64,000 nt of DNA from Nitrososphaeria archaeon (GCA_027078545.1 JALWXN010000004.1:512001-576000), one strand, 5' to 3'; counted from the first letter of the stretch, positions 22,432 through 32,979 are shown. The notes: a model not told the origin generated them from the letters alone. Numbers and translations are program-made.

Positions 22432-24387
22432 ATGTTTAGGAGGGGTTTGGCACCCCTAATGCTCGCCGTGCTACTCATGCTCCCGATGCTTCCAGCGGCC
22501 TCCAGCCCCAGCCCAAGGCCTGTCCTACCCGGTGCTATAGAGGTGTACGACCTCTCATGGAGGGTGGAGAACGGTATACCCATCTTCTTCAACATCTTCC
22601 ACGGCATGGAGACTGTGGCGACTGTGGCGGAGAACGGCTACTATATGAACCGTCTAACCATGACTGAGCATACCTCGACCCATATGGATGCCCCCTGCCA
22701 CTTCGTCGAGGGGGCCTGGTGTGTCGATGAGATCCCTGTGAGGCGGCTCTACGGAGTAGCTGTCGTCATGGATGCGAGTAGATACATAATGGGTCCGAAC
22801 GACACTATAACCGCTAGTGAGATAAGGATCTGGGAGACGGTGACGGGGCTTAGGATCCCTAAGGGAGGGATACTCCTAGTCTACACCGGCTGGTCGGACT
22901 ACTGGGGCCTCTACGACTCATGGGAGGAGTACATGGACGCCACTGGTGGAGGTTTCCCAGGCTTCTCTGAGGACGCCGCTGACTACCTTATTGAGAGGGG
23001 TGTTATCGGGGTTGGTATAGATACGCTGAGCATCGACCCAGCCCCGAGCACCGACTTCATCTTCCATAAGAAGCTACTAGCCACGAATGCCTGGGCCCTG
23101 GAGAATGTTAGGATACCCAGGGAGATACTTAACAGCTACGTCTTCCTATTCGTGGCGCCGATGAAGATTGACCAGGGCTCGGGCGCACCGACCAGGGTAT
23201 TTGCATTCACGCTCGGCGAGGAGTACTTCCCCGTTGAGGAGGGGCTCATGCCACTTCCTGCTAAACCTGGCCCGCCGGTCCTGGAGGATTTCGAGCCTCC
23301 TAGGCACATGGTCCAGCTGGCCTTTGCACAGGAGATGAAGCGTGCCTTCGACTCTGCCGTTATATACGACCTCTCCTGGGAGGTTAGGAATGGCATCCCA
23401 CTCTTCTTCAACATATTCGACGGCTTCTCCAACCTAGCCACGATCGAGGAGCTGGGCTACTACATCAATAGGCTCGTAATGGTTGAGCATACCTCTACAC
23501 ATATGGATGCGCCGTGCCACTTCGTCGAGGGGGTGTGGTGTGTCGATGAGGTCCCGCCTGAGAGGCTGATCTCAAGGGCGGTCGTGATGGACGTCTCATG
23601 GGCCGTCTCGAGCCCTAACGATACTGTATCTGCTGAGGAGGTGCGTAGGTGGGAGAGGGAGGCTAATATCAGGATCTCGCCGGGGGACATAGTCCTCACC
23701 TATACTGGCTGGGGCGACTACTGGGGGCTGTACGACGAGTGGGGCGACTATATGGATGCTACTGGAGGCGGCTTCCCAGGCTTCGCCGAGGACGCGGCCC
23801 AGATCTTCGTATCCAGGGGTGTATATGGAGTTGGTATAGACACCCTGAGTACTGACCCAGCCCCATCCACGATCTTCCCCTTCCATAAACGTGTCCTAGA
23901 GGAGAATATCTATGGCCTGGAGAACGTCAGGCTCACCCGTGACTCCCCAGTCCTGAACAGGACATTCACAGCCTTTGTATTCCCCTTCAAGGTTGGCATG
24001 GGCTCGGGCGGCACGACAAGGATATTCCTCCTAGATGGGCTCGACATGTGGAGCGTCCTCGACGAGGTCGATGAGTGGCTAGAGATCTACAGGTATCTAG
24101 AGTGGAACAGGGCCTATAACCAGTACATAGGGAATGAGACGGCGTCACTGGGCAACTTCCTACGCAACATACGTGACGCGATAGACGATGTGAACAGCTC
24201 GTTGGAGGAGCTGGACCAGGCGGTGAAGGATCTCCAGCAGAGGATATCCGACCTGGAGGACGATGTCAAAGCCTCTAGGGAGGAGGTTGAGAGCCTATCC
24301 AGCCAGACAGGCCTAGCGATAGCGCTGTCACTCATAGCCCTGGCAGCCCTGGCACTATACATACTCATCACTAGGGCTAGGGAGTAG
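22432..24387 (+). CDS. Membrane-anchored protein with two tandem cyclase (kynurenine formamidase-like) domains
   Basis: Signal peptide; two copies of EHTSTHMDAPCHF...GVGIDTLS.D...H...LEN; C-terminal coiled coil and TM helix. Confidence 0.85.
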   Translation: MFRRGLAPLMLAVLLMLPMLPAASSPSPRPVLPGAIEVYDLSWRVENGIPIFFNIFHGMETVATVAENGYYMNRLTMTEHTSTHMDAPCHFVEGAWCVDEIPVRRLYGVAVVMDASRYIMGPNDTITASEIRIWETVTGLRIPKGGILLVYTGWSDYWGLYDSWEEYMDATGGGFPGFSEDAADYLIERGVIGVGIDTLSIDPAPSTDFIFHKKLLATNAWALENVRIPREILNSYVFLFVAPMKIDQGSGAPTRVFAFTLGEEYFPVEEGLMPLPAKPGPPVLEDFEPPRHMVQLAFAQEMKRAFDSAVIYDLSWEVRNGIPLFFNIFDGFSNLATIEELGYYINRLVMVEHTSTHMDAPCHFVEGVWCVDEVPPERLISRAVVMDVSWAVSSPNDTVSAEEVRRWEREANIRISPGDIVLTYTGWGDYWGLYDEWGDYMDATGGGFPGFAEDAAQIFVSRGVYGVGIDTLSTDPAPSTIFPFHKRVLEENIYGLENVRLTRDSPVLNRTFTAFVFPFKVGMGSGGTTRIFLLDGLDMWSVLDEVDEWLEIYRYLEWNRAYNQYIGNETASLGNFLRNIRDAIDDVNSSLEELDQAVKDLQQRISDLEDDVKASREEVESLSSQTGLAIALSLIALAALALYILITRARE

Positions 24388-24428
24388 AGAGACCCACCAC
24401 CCACTTTTTATAAAGACCTATCCAGGAA

Positions 24429-24510
24429 TGTGCCTGGGGCCGTCGATCCCCCGCCAACCTCATCACCAGGACACACCTAGCTCGTAGACGGGGGACGGTT
24501 CGCCCCAGGC
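24429..24510 (-). ncRNA. Putative archaeal box H/ACA guide sRNA
   Basis: On - strand: lower stem GCCTGGGGC/GCCCCAGGC followed directly by ACA, an internal pocket, upper stem TCCCCCG/CGGGGGA, and a K-turn-like GA...TGATGA around CTAGG/CCTGG. Confidence 0.65.
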
Positions 24511-24558
24511 TGTCCTTATATATGTATATGGCGCTAGTGGTTATCAATCAACGCCCAT

Positions 24559-25383
24559 CTATATGGCCTCCCTGAACACCTTTGCCCAGAACCCAAGCTG
24601 CTCCGAAGGAGTATACATGTCACCCTTGTCTTCTATCAGTCCGGCTCTCAGGAGGGCGCTTATATAGGAAGCCGCCGCACTACCTCCCTTAGAGATGCTC
24701 CCCTTGTTTATCAGCTTCTTGATGAGGTCGATATAGTCTCTGGGATAAGGTATCGGGGTCATGTCAGTAAGCTCTATATCATTGGGATCAGGGGCAAGCG
24801 TGGCTCTGAGATCGTCGGGCAACATGTCCAGTATCTCCTTCGCCCTCTCCTCGAACTCCTTTGGGGTATTCAGGGCCTTGAAGAATCTTTGCACGACTTC
24901 ATCATTGATTGAGCCACGGGCCCCATCTACCCCCTTGGTATATACGTGGTACGCCTTCAGCGGCCTGACAACCATAGACATTATCAGGGTTACTGTGGAG
25001 ACCATCTTCCTCCCACCCGTCACTAGTAGGTGTATACTGTAGTCGGGAGAGTCTCTAAAGAGCCTAAGCTTTCCAGCCAACATCTCCACAAACTTCTCCA
25101 CCTCGTCCCGAGTAGTCACGTCAGGGCCATCAATGAAGATGGATACGACGTCTCCATTCCCAAGCCCTAAGCTGGGTATGCCTCTCGGAGGTTTGCCATA
25201 GACGAGCTGGGCCTTAGCTATAGCGGCGGATGCATAACACCTCCTGTCGGAGCTCCCTATAAGCAGGACCTTGTCGGGCAGCACCCCCTGAGAAGCCATC
25301 TTATAGACGAAGCTAGTCACTACACCGGGGCTAAAGCCGATAGGACATATAAAGACGTTCAACACACTCCGAGGATCAGACAT
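24559..25383 (-). CDS. crn1: CARF-domain protein, Crn1/Csx14-like ring nuclease with C-terminal wHTH-like extension
   Basis: IGFSPGVV...DKV.LI.SSD...DVTT.DE...TGGRK pattern resembles Sso2081-type Crn1; divergent from the cmr operon. Confidence 0.7.
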   Translation of the reverse strand: MSDPRSVLNVFICPIGFSPGVVTSFVYKMASQGVLPDKVLLIGSSDRRCYASAAIAKAQLVYGKPPRGIPSLGLGNGDVVSIFIDGPDVTTRDEVEKFVEMLAGKLRLFRDSPDYSIHLLVTGGRKMVSTVTLIMSMVVRPLKAYHVYTKGVDGARGSINDEVVQRFFKALNTPKEFEERAKEILDMLPDDLRATLAPDPNDIELTDMTPIPYPRDYIDLIKKLINKGSISKGGSAAASYISALLRAGLIEDKGDMYTPSEQLGFWAKVFREAI

Positions 25384-25521
25384 TCAGGGAGACACCTCCA
25401 CCGGAAACAGGGGCAAACAAAAGACTCCCCCATAAAATATTTAAAAAATATAGGCGGCATCCCCAGCAAAAATTCATGAAATAAAAAGAGTTATATATTT
25501 CATAAACACAACAAAATTACT

Positions 25522-26490
25522 ATGAACTCCACCTCTGAACCCTCCTCATCCGCTACCTTCAGAGGTAAAGCAAACGTCCTATACATTGCCAGTATCACCC
25601 CGCTACACCTAGGTGTAGGCAGGGAAGAGGGAGTAGTAGATCTCCCAGTACAGAGAGACGCCTATGGAATCCCCACGATTTACTCCTCTAGTTTAAAGGG
25701 AGCTTTACGTAGTGCTTGGGGAAACTTCTTCACAGAGGGTGATAGCAATGGGGATGTAAACAGTGAATGTGTAGGTATACAGCGAGAGAGGGTTTTTGGT
25801 GATCAAGAGAATCCGGGTGCGATTAATTTCTTTGATGCATACATGCTCATATTCCCAGCACGAAGTTTAAAAGGAGTTGTGATAGGCGTCACGACACCCT
25901 TTCTTATAAAGAGACACTTCACTATGCTTAACATTTTAGGAATATGCGATGACAGTTGGGCTCAGATCGATATAGATGTGGATGAAGGAGATGCGATATT
26001 AATAACACAGGAAGGTGTGGATATAGAGACCTATATAGCAACTAGTGGAGACTGCTGTAAAGTTGTGATAAACGAGTTGGACTTCGAGGCTGTTGATGGT
26101 AATAACGGTGATGATATAAGCGATGATTTGAGATCCTTCGTGAAATCAGTATTAGATAATTTCTTCATACCGTATAAGGCGGTTGCAATAGTGCATGATG
26201 ACTGGCTAGGCTCACTATTAAATAGGTCTTTAATATACAGGACACGCGTAAGGCTCAAAGAAAAAACTAAAACTGTCGATGTGGGGCCTTGGACTGAGGA
26301 GCTGGTTCCTCCAGGCACTGTTTTCTCTATTTATTTGACAAATAACTCTCCTAAAAGAGAGGAGGTATTTGATAGGTATGTAACTTGCCTAGAGAATATA
26401 CTGACCTCTGGGATTTTCATCGGGGGAGATGAGACTGTTGGCTCTGGTCTGGTAAAACTTTTAGAGGGGGTTAATTGCGATGGACGCTGA
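25522..26490 (+). CDS. cmr4: Type III-B Cmr4
   Basis: TPLHLGVG....VDLPVQRD..GIPTIYSSSLKGALR, PWTEE and FIGGDETVGSG. Confidence 0.95.
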   Translation: MNSTSEPSSSATFRGKANVLYIASITPLHLGVGREEGVVDLPVQRDAYGIPTIYSSSLKGALRSAWGNFFTEGDSNGDVNSECVGIQRERVFGDQENPGAINFFDAYMLIFPARSLKGVVIGVTTPFLIKRHFTMLNILGICDDSWAQIDIDVDEGDAILITQEGVDIETYIATSGDCCKVVINELDFEAVDGNNGDDISDDLRSFVKSVLDNFFIPYKAVAIVHDDWLGSLLNRSLIYRTRVRLKEKTKTVDVGPWTEELVPPGTVFSIYLTNNSPKREEVFDRYVTCLENILTSGIFIGGDETVGSGLVKLLEGVNCDGR

Positions 26491-27022
26491 AAAGGTTAGA
26501 AGGGTTCTAGAGATCTGTATGGATGCCTATCAGTATATGACTAGCCCTGAAGGATTGGGGAGAGACGAGAGGAATAAAAAAGAAGCTTTGGAAGCGTTCA
26601 GAACCGATGCTAGGAAATACCCAGCATTAATAGCTAAAGAGGGTCTCTTCATCCCCCTACTTGATATGCTTAGAGATAGTGTGGAGAAAAAACGGGATAA
26701 ACCTCATTTCGTTAAGCATAAAAAAGTATATAGCTGGGTAGTGGTTAGGGTACTCTACGAAGTAATAGTAGGGGATGAGCGTTTGTCACAATACGCCAGA
26801 AAGGAACGTATTACAAACGATAACAGAACCTTCGACCAACTTGTTCTGAATGTAGATGGGGTAGTAGAATGGATAATAAGATTGGCACCGGGAGGAGACT
26901 CGATCGAAACGAACTTCCGAAATGAACACATGGCTAAGCAGCTAGTTGAATCCCTGCTCATCGTGAAGAAGTTTGCCGAGGCTATGATACCCCCCAAAGA
27001 GACTGGAGGCGGTGGATCCTAG
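26480..27022 (+). CDS. cmr5: Type III-B small subunit Cmr5
   Basis: FRT.ARKYPALI...GL and KKFAEA motifs; lies between cmr4 and cmr6. Confidence 0.85.
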   Translation: MDAEKVRRVLEICMDAYQYMTSPEGLGRDERNKKEALEAFRTDARKYPALIAKEGLFIPLLDMLRDSVEKKRDKPHFVKHKKVYSWVVVRVLYEVIVGDERLSQYARKERITNDNRTFDQLVLNVDGVVEWIIRLAPGGDSIETNFRNEHMAKQLVESLLIVKKFAEAMIPPKETGGGGS

Positions 27023-27925
27023 ATGGAGAATCTCATCTCGTTTACCTACCCGAAAGATAGAAGGGAGCTCGTTAAGTTCTATAGGGAAAAGGAATATAAG
27101 TCCTATTTCGCTGAAAGAGTTGCGCTTGCTAGTGCTGATTTAGTAAATACAGATGGCAATACTTTGGATGAGCCGCTTAACAGTGTGGTAACAAGCTATC
27201 TGAGGGTAATACATGACTCCCTTAGTGCTTCAGGAATCACGGTCTGGAGTATTAAGATGGAGACCGTCTCTAACTTGGCGTTAAATCTTTCAGGGGGCGT
27301 GTTCCATACAATCCTAAATCTAGGTGTTTCGTTGGATCCAATTCTAGGTATCCCGTTTATCCCATCGACGTCTATAAAGGGTGCTTGGCGTCATGCAGTA
27401 TGGATAATCCTTAGGAATCTATCACCAGATAATGCCGATACCCTGATAGAAGATCTCTTTGACAATATACCAGTGGTCGTGAAGGTATTCGATGCATACC
27501 CTACATATATCAACTCGGATGGTGGATACCTAGTTATTCCAGATATCCTGAACCCCCACTACACAAGTACTACTAGGAACGAGTTGGATGTAAATCCTAC
27601 GCCGATAATACATCTAACTATACCGAGGGGTATAGTGTTCGAAACAGTAGTGGGTATAGACGTAAAAGCTCTCATGAGGTCATTCGACGAGTCAACTGCA
27701 GAGGATGAGGAGGAGAGGCGTAGGATAAGGGATAGGAAGGAGAGGTGGAAAGACCTTATGAATAAACTGGCCGAGCGTCCAGAGGGGTCACGGGACAGGG
27801 TCAACAACATCGAGAAGACGATCCTGGTAATCCTGAAGGCCGGCCTCATGTTGGCTGGCAAGTTGGGTATAGGGGCAAAGACGTCGGTTGGCTACTCCCG
27901 CCTAGAGGTGGAGATAAATGAGTGA
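27023..27925 (+). CDS. cmr6: Type III-B Cmr6
   Basis: GIPFIPSTSIKGA, FDAYP, DILNPHY, NPTPI and GIGAKTSVGY. Confidence 0.93.
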   Translation: MENLISFTYPKDRRELVKFYREKEYKSYFAERVALASADLVNTDGNTLDEPLNSVVTSYLRVIHDSLSASGITVWSIKMETVSNLALNLSGGVFHTILNLGVSLDPILGIPFIPSTSIKGAWRHAVWIILRNLSPDNADTLIEDLFDNIPVVVKVFDAYPTYINSDGGYLVIPDILNPHYTSTTRNELDVNPTPIIHLTIPRGIVFETVVGIDVKALMRSFDESTAEDEEERRRIRDRKERWKDLMNKLAERPEGSRDRVNNIEKTILVILKAGLMLAGKLGIGAKTSVGYSRLEVEINE

Positions 27926-30900
27926 GGGAGGGGAACCGAATAGATTTGATGTCTTGGCCGAGTTCTTTGATCAAAAGGCATGGGCCTATCTACACGACCC
28001 TCTGGCTAAGGCCTACTTCATATATGCCCCAGATAAGAAACATGAAGATGAAGCTGAAAATGCATTTTCCAACATATGGGGTGAGGTTAATATTGACGAC
28101 CCGTTCAAGAAAGCCATTAATCAGGCAGACATACTAGGCTCTATGCTGGATAGGAGATGGACCGGAATCTTCCATTCAGAAGCGATAGAGTCCTTTAGAT
28201 ACGTGAGAGCCGACGATTTCAGACTGATCATCAATATATTTGACCCCGATAAGAAGAAACATCTTTCAAGGCCATACGACGATCAAAGTTTTGTAGATAT
28301 ACATAACGAAGTAGTCAAAGATCTAGCTAAACTATTGAGTAAAGAAGCGTTCTTGGCAGCTAAGCCAGACCTATGTATAGAGGACGCTCATCAAGTTACT
28401 GAGGTTATAAGGAAGATTATTAGGTATCATTTTCTCTATTTCTATGCAGAGCCAATATGGATCGCTCATGGTGGGGAGCCTTTACCAGCGGATACGAGGG
28501 TTCCAAACCACACTATCTTTGATCACATATCGGCTGCTGCTACTGTATACAACTTGATTACTAGGGTGGGGGATAGTGATGACCAGGAGGGTGGTTACCT
28601 GGTCAGGATAGATCTCGGGGGGATACAGCAGTTCATATCCTTCTCTAGGAAGGTTAGGGATCTCTGGGCATCAAGCTATATCCTCTCAATGATGGTGTGG
28701 GCGGCCATCAAACCCCTCATATTCGTATTTGGTCCCGACATCGTCCTAGTACCCACAATGAGGCTGAACCCTGTCTACCACCATCAACTCCATATCTGGA
28801 TAAGAGACATATATAGAGATGAGTTTCTGAAGGATCGCATCTACTCACTGGATGAGAGAGTGTGGATATATGTTTTCCTAGATCTATACAAGAAAAGCTT
28901 GTTAAGTGTGCTACCACCTATAGAAGCATTAGAACAGCAGCAAGATGAAACTCTTAAGCCTCCTAGATATGCCCTCATACCAGCTATAATCACCTTAGCC
29001 CTTCCACCTCCGAGTGTACTAAGGGAGGGCCTGGAGCTTCTACTCGAGATCTCGGGTTGTGATGATATAACATGTGACGATGAATCAGAGGAGGAGCATA
29101 GGGGGGCAGGCATACTCTCTAGGAGCATGGTAAAGGTGATTAGGAAGAAGTTGGATGAACTTAGGAGGTCTGGGGATTCAGCTGGACCCGAGTTTGTGGA
29201 AAGCTTGATAACATCTCTGATTGAGGCGGTTTGGAAGGACGTGTACGAAGACGTTATGGGTCTCTGTACAGAAGGTCTTAATGACGATGGTATAAGAGAA
29301 TTATTGAGAAGCTATCTAGCTAAGCTTATTGTACCAAATAACTCTTCGGTCGATGTCGACCTGTCATCATTGAAAGTTGATGAGCTGAGACTGATTTATA
29401 ACTACATAAAGTCTGTGAAAGATACACCACCCGTAATTATTAGGGTCGGTGCAGCTAAGCTAGACAAGAATCTAAGGAAGATACTGGACATGGCTATAGG
29501 TTCAGGAGAGGATGGAGGAGATGGTCTTGCCCATGCAGTGGCACAGTCAATCCTCGAACTTATGAATGATAGGATCAGTAGGAGGCTGGAGAATAAGCAT
29601 CTGGTCAGGGATACTCCCTTCGCCTATAGGGACCTATCCAGACTAACTGAGGAGATATTTTCCAAGAGAAGGAATGGTGAGGACATCGGGCTTGGAGTAG
29701 TTGTGGAAGAGGTAAAAGAGGTGAATGAAGGTCAAAAGAAGAATACTGTTATAGGAGTGAACCCTAACCGCGGTAGGGGGTATGACTACTGTACCATGTG
29801 TAGCATATTACCAGCGATAATCCACTATCACAGAGAGGTTGAATATGACTCTCCATACATATCGAAGGGTGAGAAGCTTTGCCCAGTATGCCTCTTCAAG
29901 AGACTCATAGGAGTGGATACCGAGTCGCTCAAAAAATTCGTAAAAATAGTTTTCTCATTGAAGGGAGAGGATCCACCTCGCCTAGAGGTGTTGTCTACCA
30001 TAGATGTCGCAAACAGATACTTGGGAGAGAAGATATCAAAGATATTAGAGGAGTATCAACAGCTAACTAACAATGGATCCGCATCTGATATCGATGTACT
30101 CCTCTCCAAATTCACCAAATGCTCAAACCGTGACTGGATATGTGAAAATGTCCAGCAAGCTCCCGGCAGACCTGTGTCCTTTGAAGAGATTGATATGCCG
30201 TTAGGTATAGTTACGCGAGGGGAAGAGGAATTCGACGAAGATATGTATAAAAAGGTCAAGAATGCTTGGGAGACACTGTTTAGAGAAAAGCTTGGGATAG
30301 ACTTCCCGAATGGGATAACTATATACTATGGGATCTTCATCACTGATGCTGATAGGATTGGGAAGATTGTTTCTGGGGAGCTTTTCAGGGCGCGGCCCTT
30401 CAAAAAGCGTGATCCCGAGCTTTATGGTTATGAGGATGAGGTGAGGTTCTATGTCGACTATATTAGGAAGAGCCTCAACATAGGTGATCCTAGTGCGAGG
30501 CGGTTCTTCAATATCTTATTATGTAGCGTGGAGAACGTACTCCTAAGCCTTAGGCCATGGGACAAGGAGAATAGAAGTCTTGGTATAACATATGCTAAGG
30601 ACTGTGTCATTAGGAGGCTTATAGCTAGGGGAGCTATTCCTAAGGATAAGCTGGACGACGAAAGATATATGAGAGAGATCGAGAAGCTTGTCTACAGCGT
30701 ATTAATCTTCTTCTATAGGCCCGTAATTCGACGGGATGTAGATAACGGTTTTGAGATAGGGTTTATCTTTAGGCCTAGAGTCGTGCCCTCACCATCCTAT
30801 CTCGTCTCGATATCAAGATCATTGATGATCTCCCTCCTCAGGGATGTATATAACGTCGAAAAGTCCAAGGGTATCGTGATATACGCCGGTGGAGACGACT

Positions 30901-31802
30901 TACTAGCACTGCTACCACTCGTTAAGCTGGATATCAAGGATGATGATGGTAAGAAGATAGTCTGTATGAGGGAGAACTTCCTGGAAACTATGGAGAATGT
31001 TAGGTCCTTCTATAGTCTCGGTGATGGGGAGGGCTTCGCTGTAGTAAAGAGTAGTAGGAATGGTGGAACTATAGTGGAGTATCCAGTCCCTATGCTCTAT
31101 GGTCTGGGGAGGAGCCAGGTACTTTTGATGGCCCATTATAGGGAGCCTATGTCCAAGGCTATTCAGCTGGCGCATGAACTTCTGGATAGGGTGGCTAAGG
31201 ATGGCTCTAGGTGGAGGCTTGAGTGTAGCGAGGGAGCCATCTACGAGAGGGACGGTCTTGTAATAACATCATATTCAGGGGGAGTCGTCCGTGCCCCCAC
31301 ATCTCCCGTGCTTCAATGTATGCTGATAAGTGGCTGTGAGTACGAGCCTGTCCACAAGTATCTCAGGAGTCTCTATAGCTACATCTATGGAGATAAGATC
31401 ATCAGCACGGAGGTAGCTGAAGAAGGGGAATGTAAGAGAAACCTTCTTTCACACTCATTCCTAAGGGATTATGTCCAGGATATGGGTCTAATGGGGTTGT
31501 CAGGCAAGTTGAATCCGGAGATACCAAGGAAAACCATCGTGAGAATCATAGGTAGGAATCTTAGAATAGGGGGTATGGAGGAGGCTGATGGAGCTCTCAA
31601 TCTTGCCCAGGAGATTTACAGGGAGATCTTCGACATCCTGAGATGTATCTATCATAGTGACAGGCTGCTGGAAGAGCTTATACTGGAGCAGATGATGATA
31701 ACCGGGGAATACGTAGAGTATGAATTGACAGCAAGTGAGATGGCGGTATCCATGCTCCTCAAAATGTCCGTGGCCACGAGGGGTGTGGGGGGCAATGACT
31801 AG
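27918..31802 (+). CDS. cas10: Type III-B Cas10/Cmr2
   Basis: LHDP (HD), PADTR.P.HTIFDH, GIQ.FI..SRK.RDLWASS, CxxC/CPVC Zn sites, DADRIGK and YAGGDD. Confidence 0.96.
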   Translation: MSEGGEPNRFDVLAEFFDQKAWAYLHDPLAKAYFIYAPDKKHEDEAENAFSNIWGEVNIDDPFKKAINQADILGSMLDRRWTGIFHSEAIESFRYVRADDFRLIINIFDPDKKKHLSRPYDDQSFVDIHNEVVKDLAKLLSKEAFLAAKPDLCIEDAHQVTEVIRKIIRYHFLYFYAEPIWIAHGGEPLPADTRVPNHTIFDHISAAATVYNLITRVGDSDDQEGGYLVRIDLGGIQQFISFSRKVRDLWASSYILSMMVWAAIKPLIFVFGPDIVLVPTMRLNPVYHHQLHIWIRDIYRDEFLKDRIYSLDERVWIYVFLDLYKKSLLSVLPPIEALEQQQDETLKPPRYALIPAIITLALPPPSVLREGLELLLEISGCDDITCDDESEEEHRGAGILSRSMVKVIRKKLDELRRSGDSAGPEFVESLITSLIEAVWKDVYEDVMGLCTEGLNDDGIRELLRSYLAKLIVPNNSSVDVDLSSLKVDELRLIYNYIKSVKDTPPVIIRVGAAKLDKNLRKILDMAIGSGEDGGDGLAHAVAQSILELMNDRISRRLENKHLVRDTPFAYRDLSRLTEEIFSKRRNGEDIGLGVVVEEVKEVNEGQKKNTVIGVNPNRGRGYDYCTMCSILPAIIHYHREVEYDSPYISKGEKLCPVCLFKRLIGVDTESLKKFVKIVFSLKGEDPPRLEVLSTIDVANRYLGEKISKILEEYQQLTNNGSASDIDVLLSKFTKCSNRDWICENVQQAPGRPVSFEEIDMPLGIVTRGEEEFDEDMYKKVKNAWETLFREKLGIDFPNGITIYYGIFITDADRIGKIVSGELFRARPFKKRDPELYGYEDEVRFYVDYIRKSLNIGDPSARRFFNILLCSVENVLLSLRPWDKENRSLGITYAKDCVIRRLIARGAIPKDKLDDERYMREIEKLVYSVLIFFYRPVIRRDVDNGFEIGFIFRPRVVPSPSYLVSISRSLMISLLRDVYNVEKSKGIVIYAGGDDLLALLPLVKLDIKDDDGKKIVCMRENFLETMENVRSFYSLGDGEGFAVVKSSRNGGTIVEYPVPMLYGLGRSQVLLMAHYREPMSKAIQLAHELLDRVAKDGSRWRLECSEGAIYERDGLVITSYSGGVVRAPTSPVLQCMLISGCEYEPVHKYLRSLYSYIYGDKIISTEVAEEGECKRNLLSHSFLRDYVQDMGLMGLSGKLNPEIPRKTIVRIIGRNLRIGGMEEADGALNLAQEIYREIFDILRCIYHSDRLLEELILEQMMITGEYVEYELTASEMAVSMLLKMSVATRGVGGND

Positions 31803-32979
31803 TATAAAGAGTCCCAAAACCGTGGTGGTTAGGCCCCTGGGTAGGGTCATGTTCAGAGGACCTGGAGAGTTTGATATGTCTAGTGCTGGTGTAAAGGCAT
31901 ACGCATCTTCAATGGCATACCCACTGCCCACGGCAATCGCATCGATATTAATCGGTGGTAAGTTCCGCGATGGCTCCAGACCACAAGACTATCCGTGGGG
32001 TGACTGGGTAGGGGAGTATAAGGTGTTGATGGATAAGCTCGGCATACCTACTCCTAGAGGACCGTTTATAAGGATCTCTGTAGATGGAGGCCACAACTAC
32101 TACGTTGTATATGACTATAAGCAGCAGTTCCTTCTAGGAATAGGTGAGAAGATAGAGATCCCCCTTAGGTTCATGGTCAATACACTGTTGGATGGTAGGC
32201 CGGGGGGACTTAGGATATCTCCTGAAAACGGTGGGTCTCCATACCCCAAGTTAATCCCAGCCTCGCGAGCTATCAGGGAGATCGTGGGGATAAACCTTGA
32301 GGGTGGGAAGACGACTGGTGGGAGGGGTGAGGGGAGGAAACGTGTATATACCGCAGAGTTCCTCTTCCCAGAATCATTAGTCCCCGATGTTGGGGAGAAA
32401 TCGGTTAACCAGGTGACCGTCGAATATAGATACCTAGTCCCACCTGAGATAGGGAGTCTCGACCCAATAGTAACCAGGATAGGTGGTGAGGGTGGTCAGG
32501 CCAGGGTCGAGGTATCAAGTGGGGCCGTTCTAGAAATAAATCTGTCTAGCTGGCGTGGCGATTGGCTAGGGCTCTATGTACTATCACCCATACTCATCCC
32601 AACAGACGAGGATATGCACAGTTACCTGCAAGGTGAAATAGAGGGGAGGCTAGACTCATCAGAGAGAGCTCTTCATGAGCTGTATGTGGTGGGGGAGACA
32701 GCCCTGCTGAACGCAGGCTTCGCACTAAGGAGAGACGATAAACATAGATCTAGGAGGCCCATATACCGGGCATTGAAGCCCGGGTCGCTAATATATTTCC
32801 GTCTAGACTCTCCAGGTGATAAAAAGGGAGGGAAGCAGAAAATAGATGAGGAGAACGTTGAAAAGTTAATATGGGAGGGTATTGGAATGGGCCGAGAGGT
32901 AGGCTTCGGAAGCATAATACCCTTCAACTATGAAATGGAGACCCACGAGGAGGTGTTAGAGACATGGGAAATAACATAG
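31795..32979 (+). CDS. cmr3: Type III-B Cmr3
   Basis: RPLG.VMFRGPGEF...YPLPTAIA, IGGEG, PGS.IY and GIG...EVGFG. The start at ATG 31795 is inferred. Confidence 0.88.
   Translation: MTSIKSPKTVVVRPLGRVMFRGPGEFDMSSAGVKAYASSMAYPLPTAIASILIGGKFRDGSRPQDYPWGDWVGEYKVLMDKLGIPTPRGPFIRISVDGGHNYYVVYDYKQQFLLGIGEKIEIPLRFMVNTLLDGRPGGLRISPENGGSPYPKLIPASRAIREIVGINLEGGKTTGGRGEGRKRVYTAEFLFPESLVPDVGEKSVNQVTVEYRYLVPPEIGSLDPIVTRIGGEGGQARVEVSSGAVLEINLSSWRGDWLGLYVLSPILIPTDEDMHSYLQGEIEGRLDSSERALHELYVVGETALLNAGFALRRDDKHRSRRPIYRALKPGSLIYFRLDSPGDKKGGKQKIDEENVEKLIWEGIGMGREVGFGSIIPFNYEMETHEEVLETWEIT

Noticed and set aside
21529-24387. PAP2 phosphatase or cyclase as type III ancillary effectors
   Set aside because: They have no CARF/SAVED sensor domain, have host-like codons, are convergent with crn1, and the cyclase is predicted extracellular.
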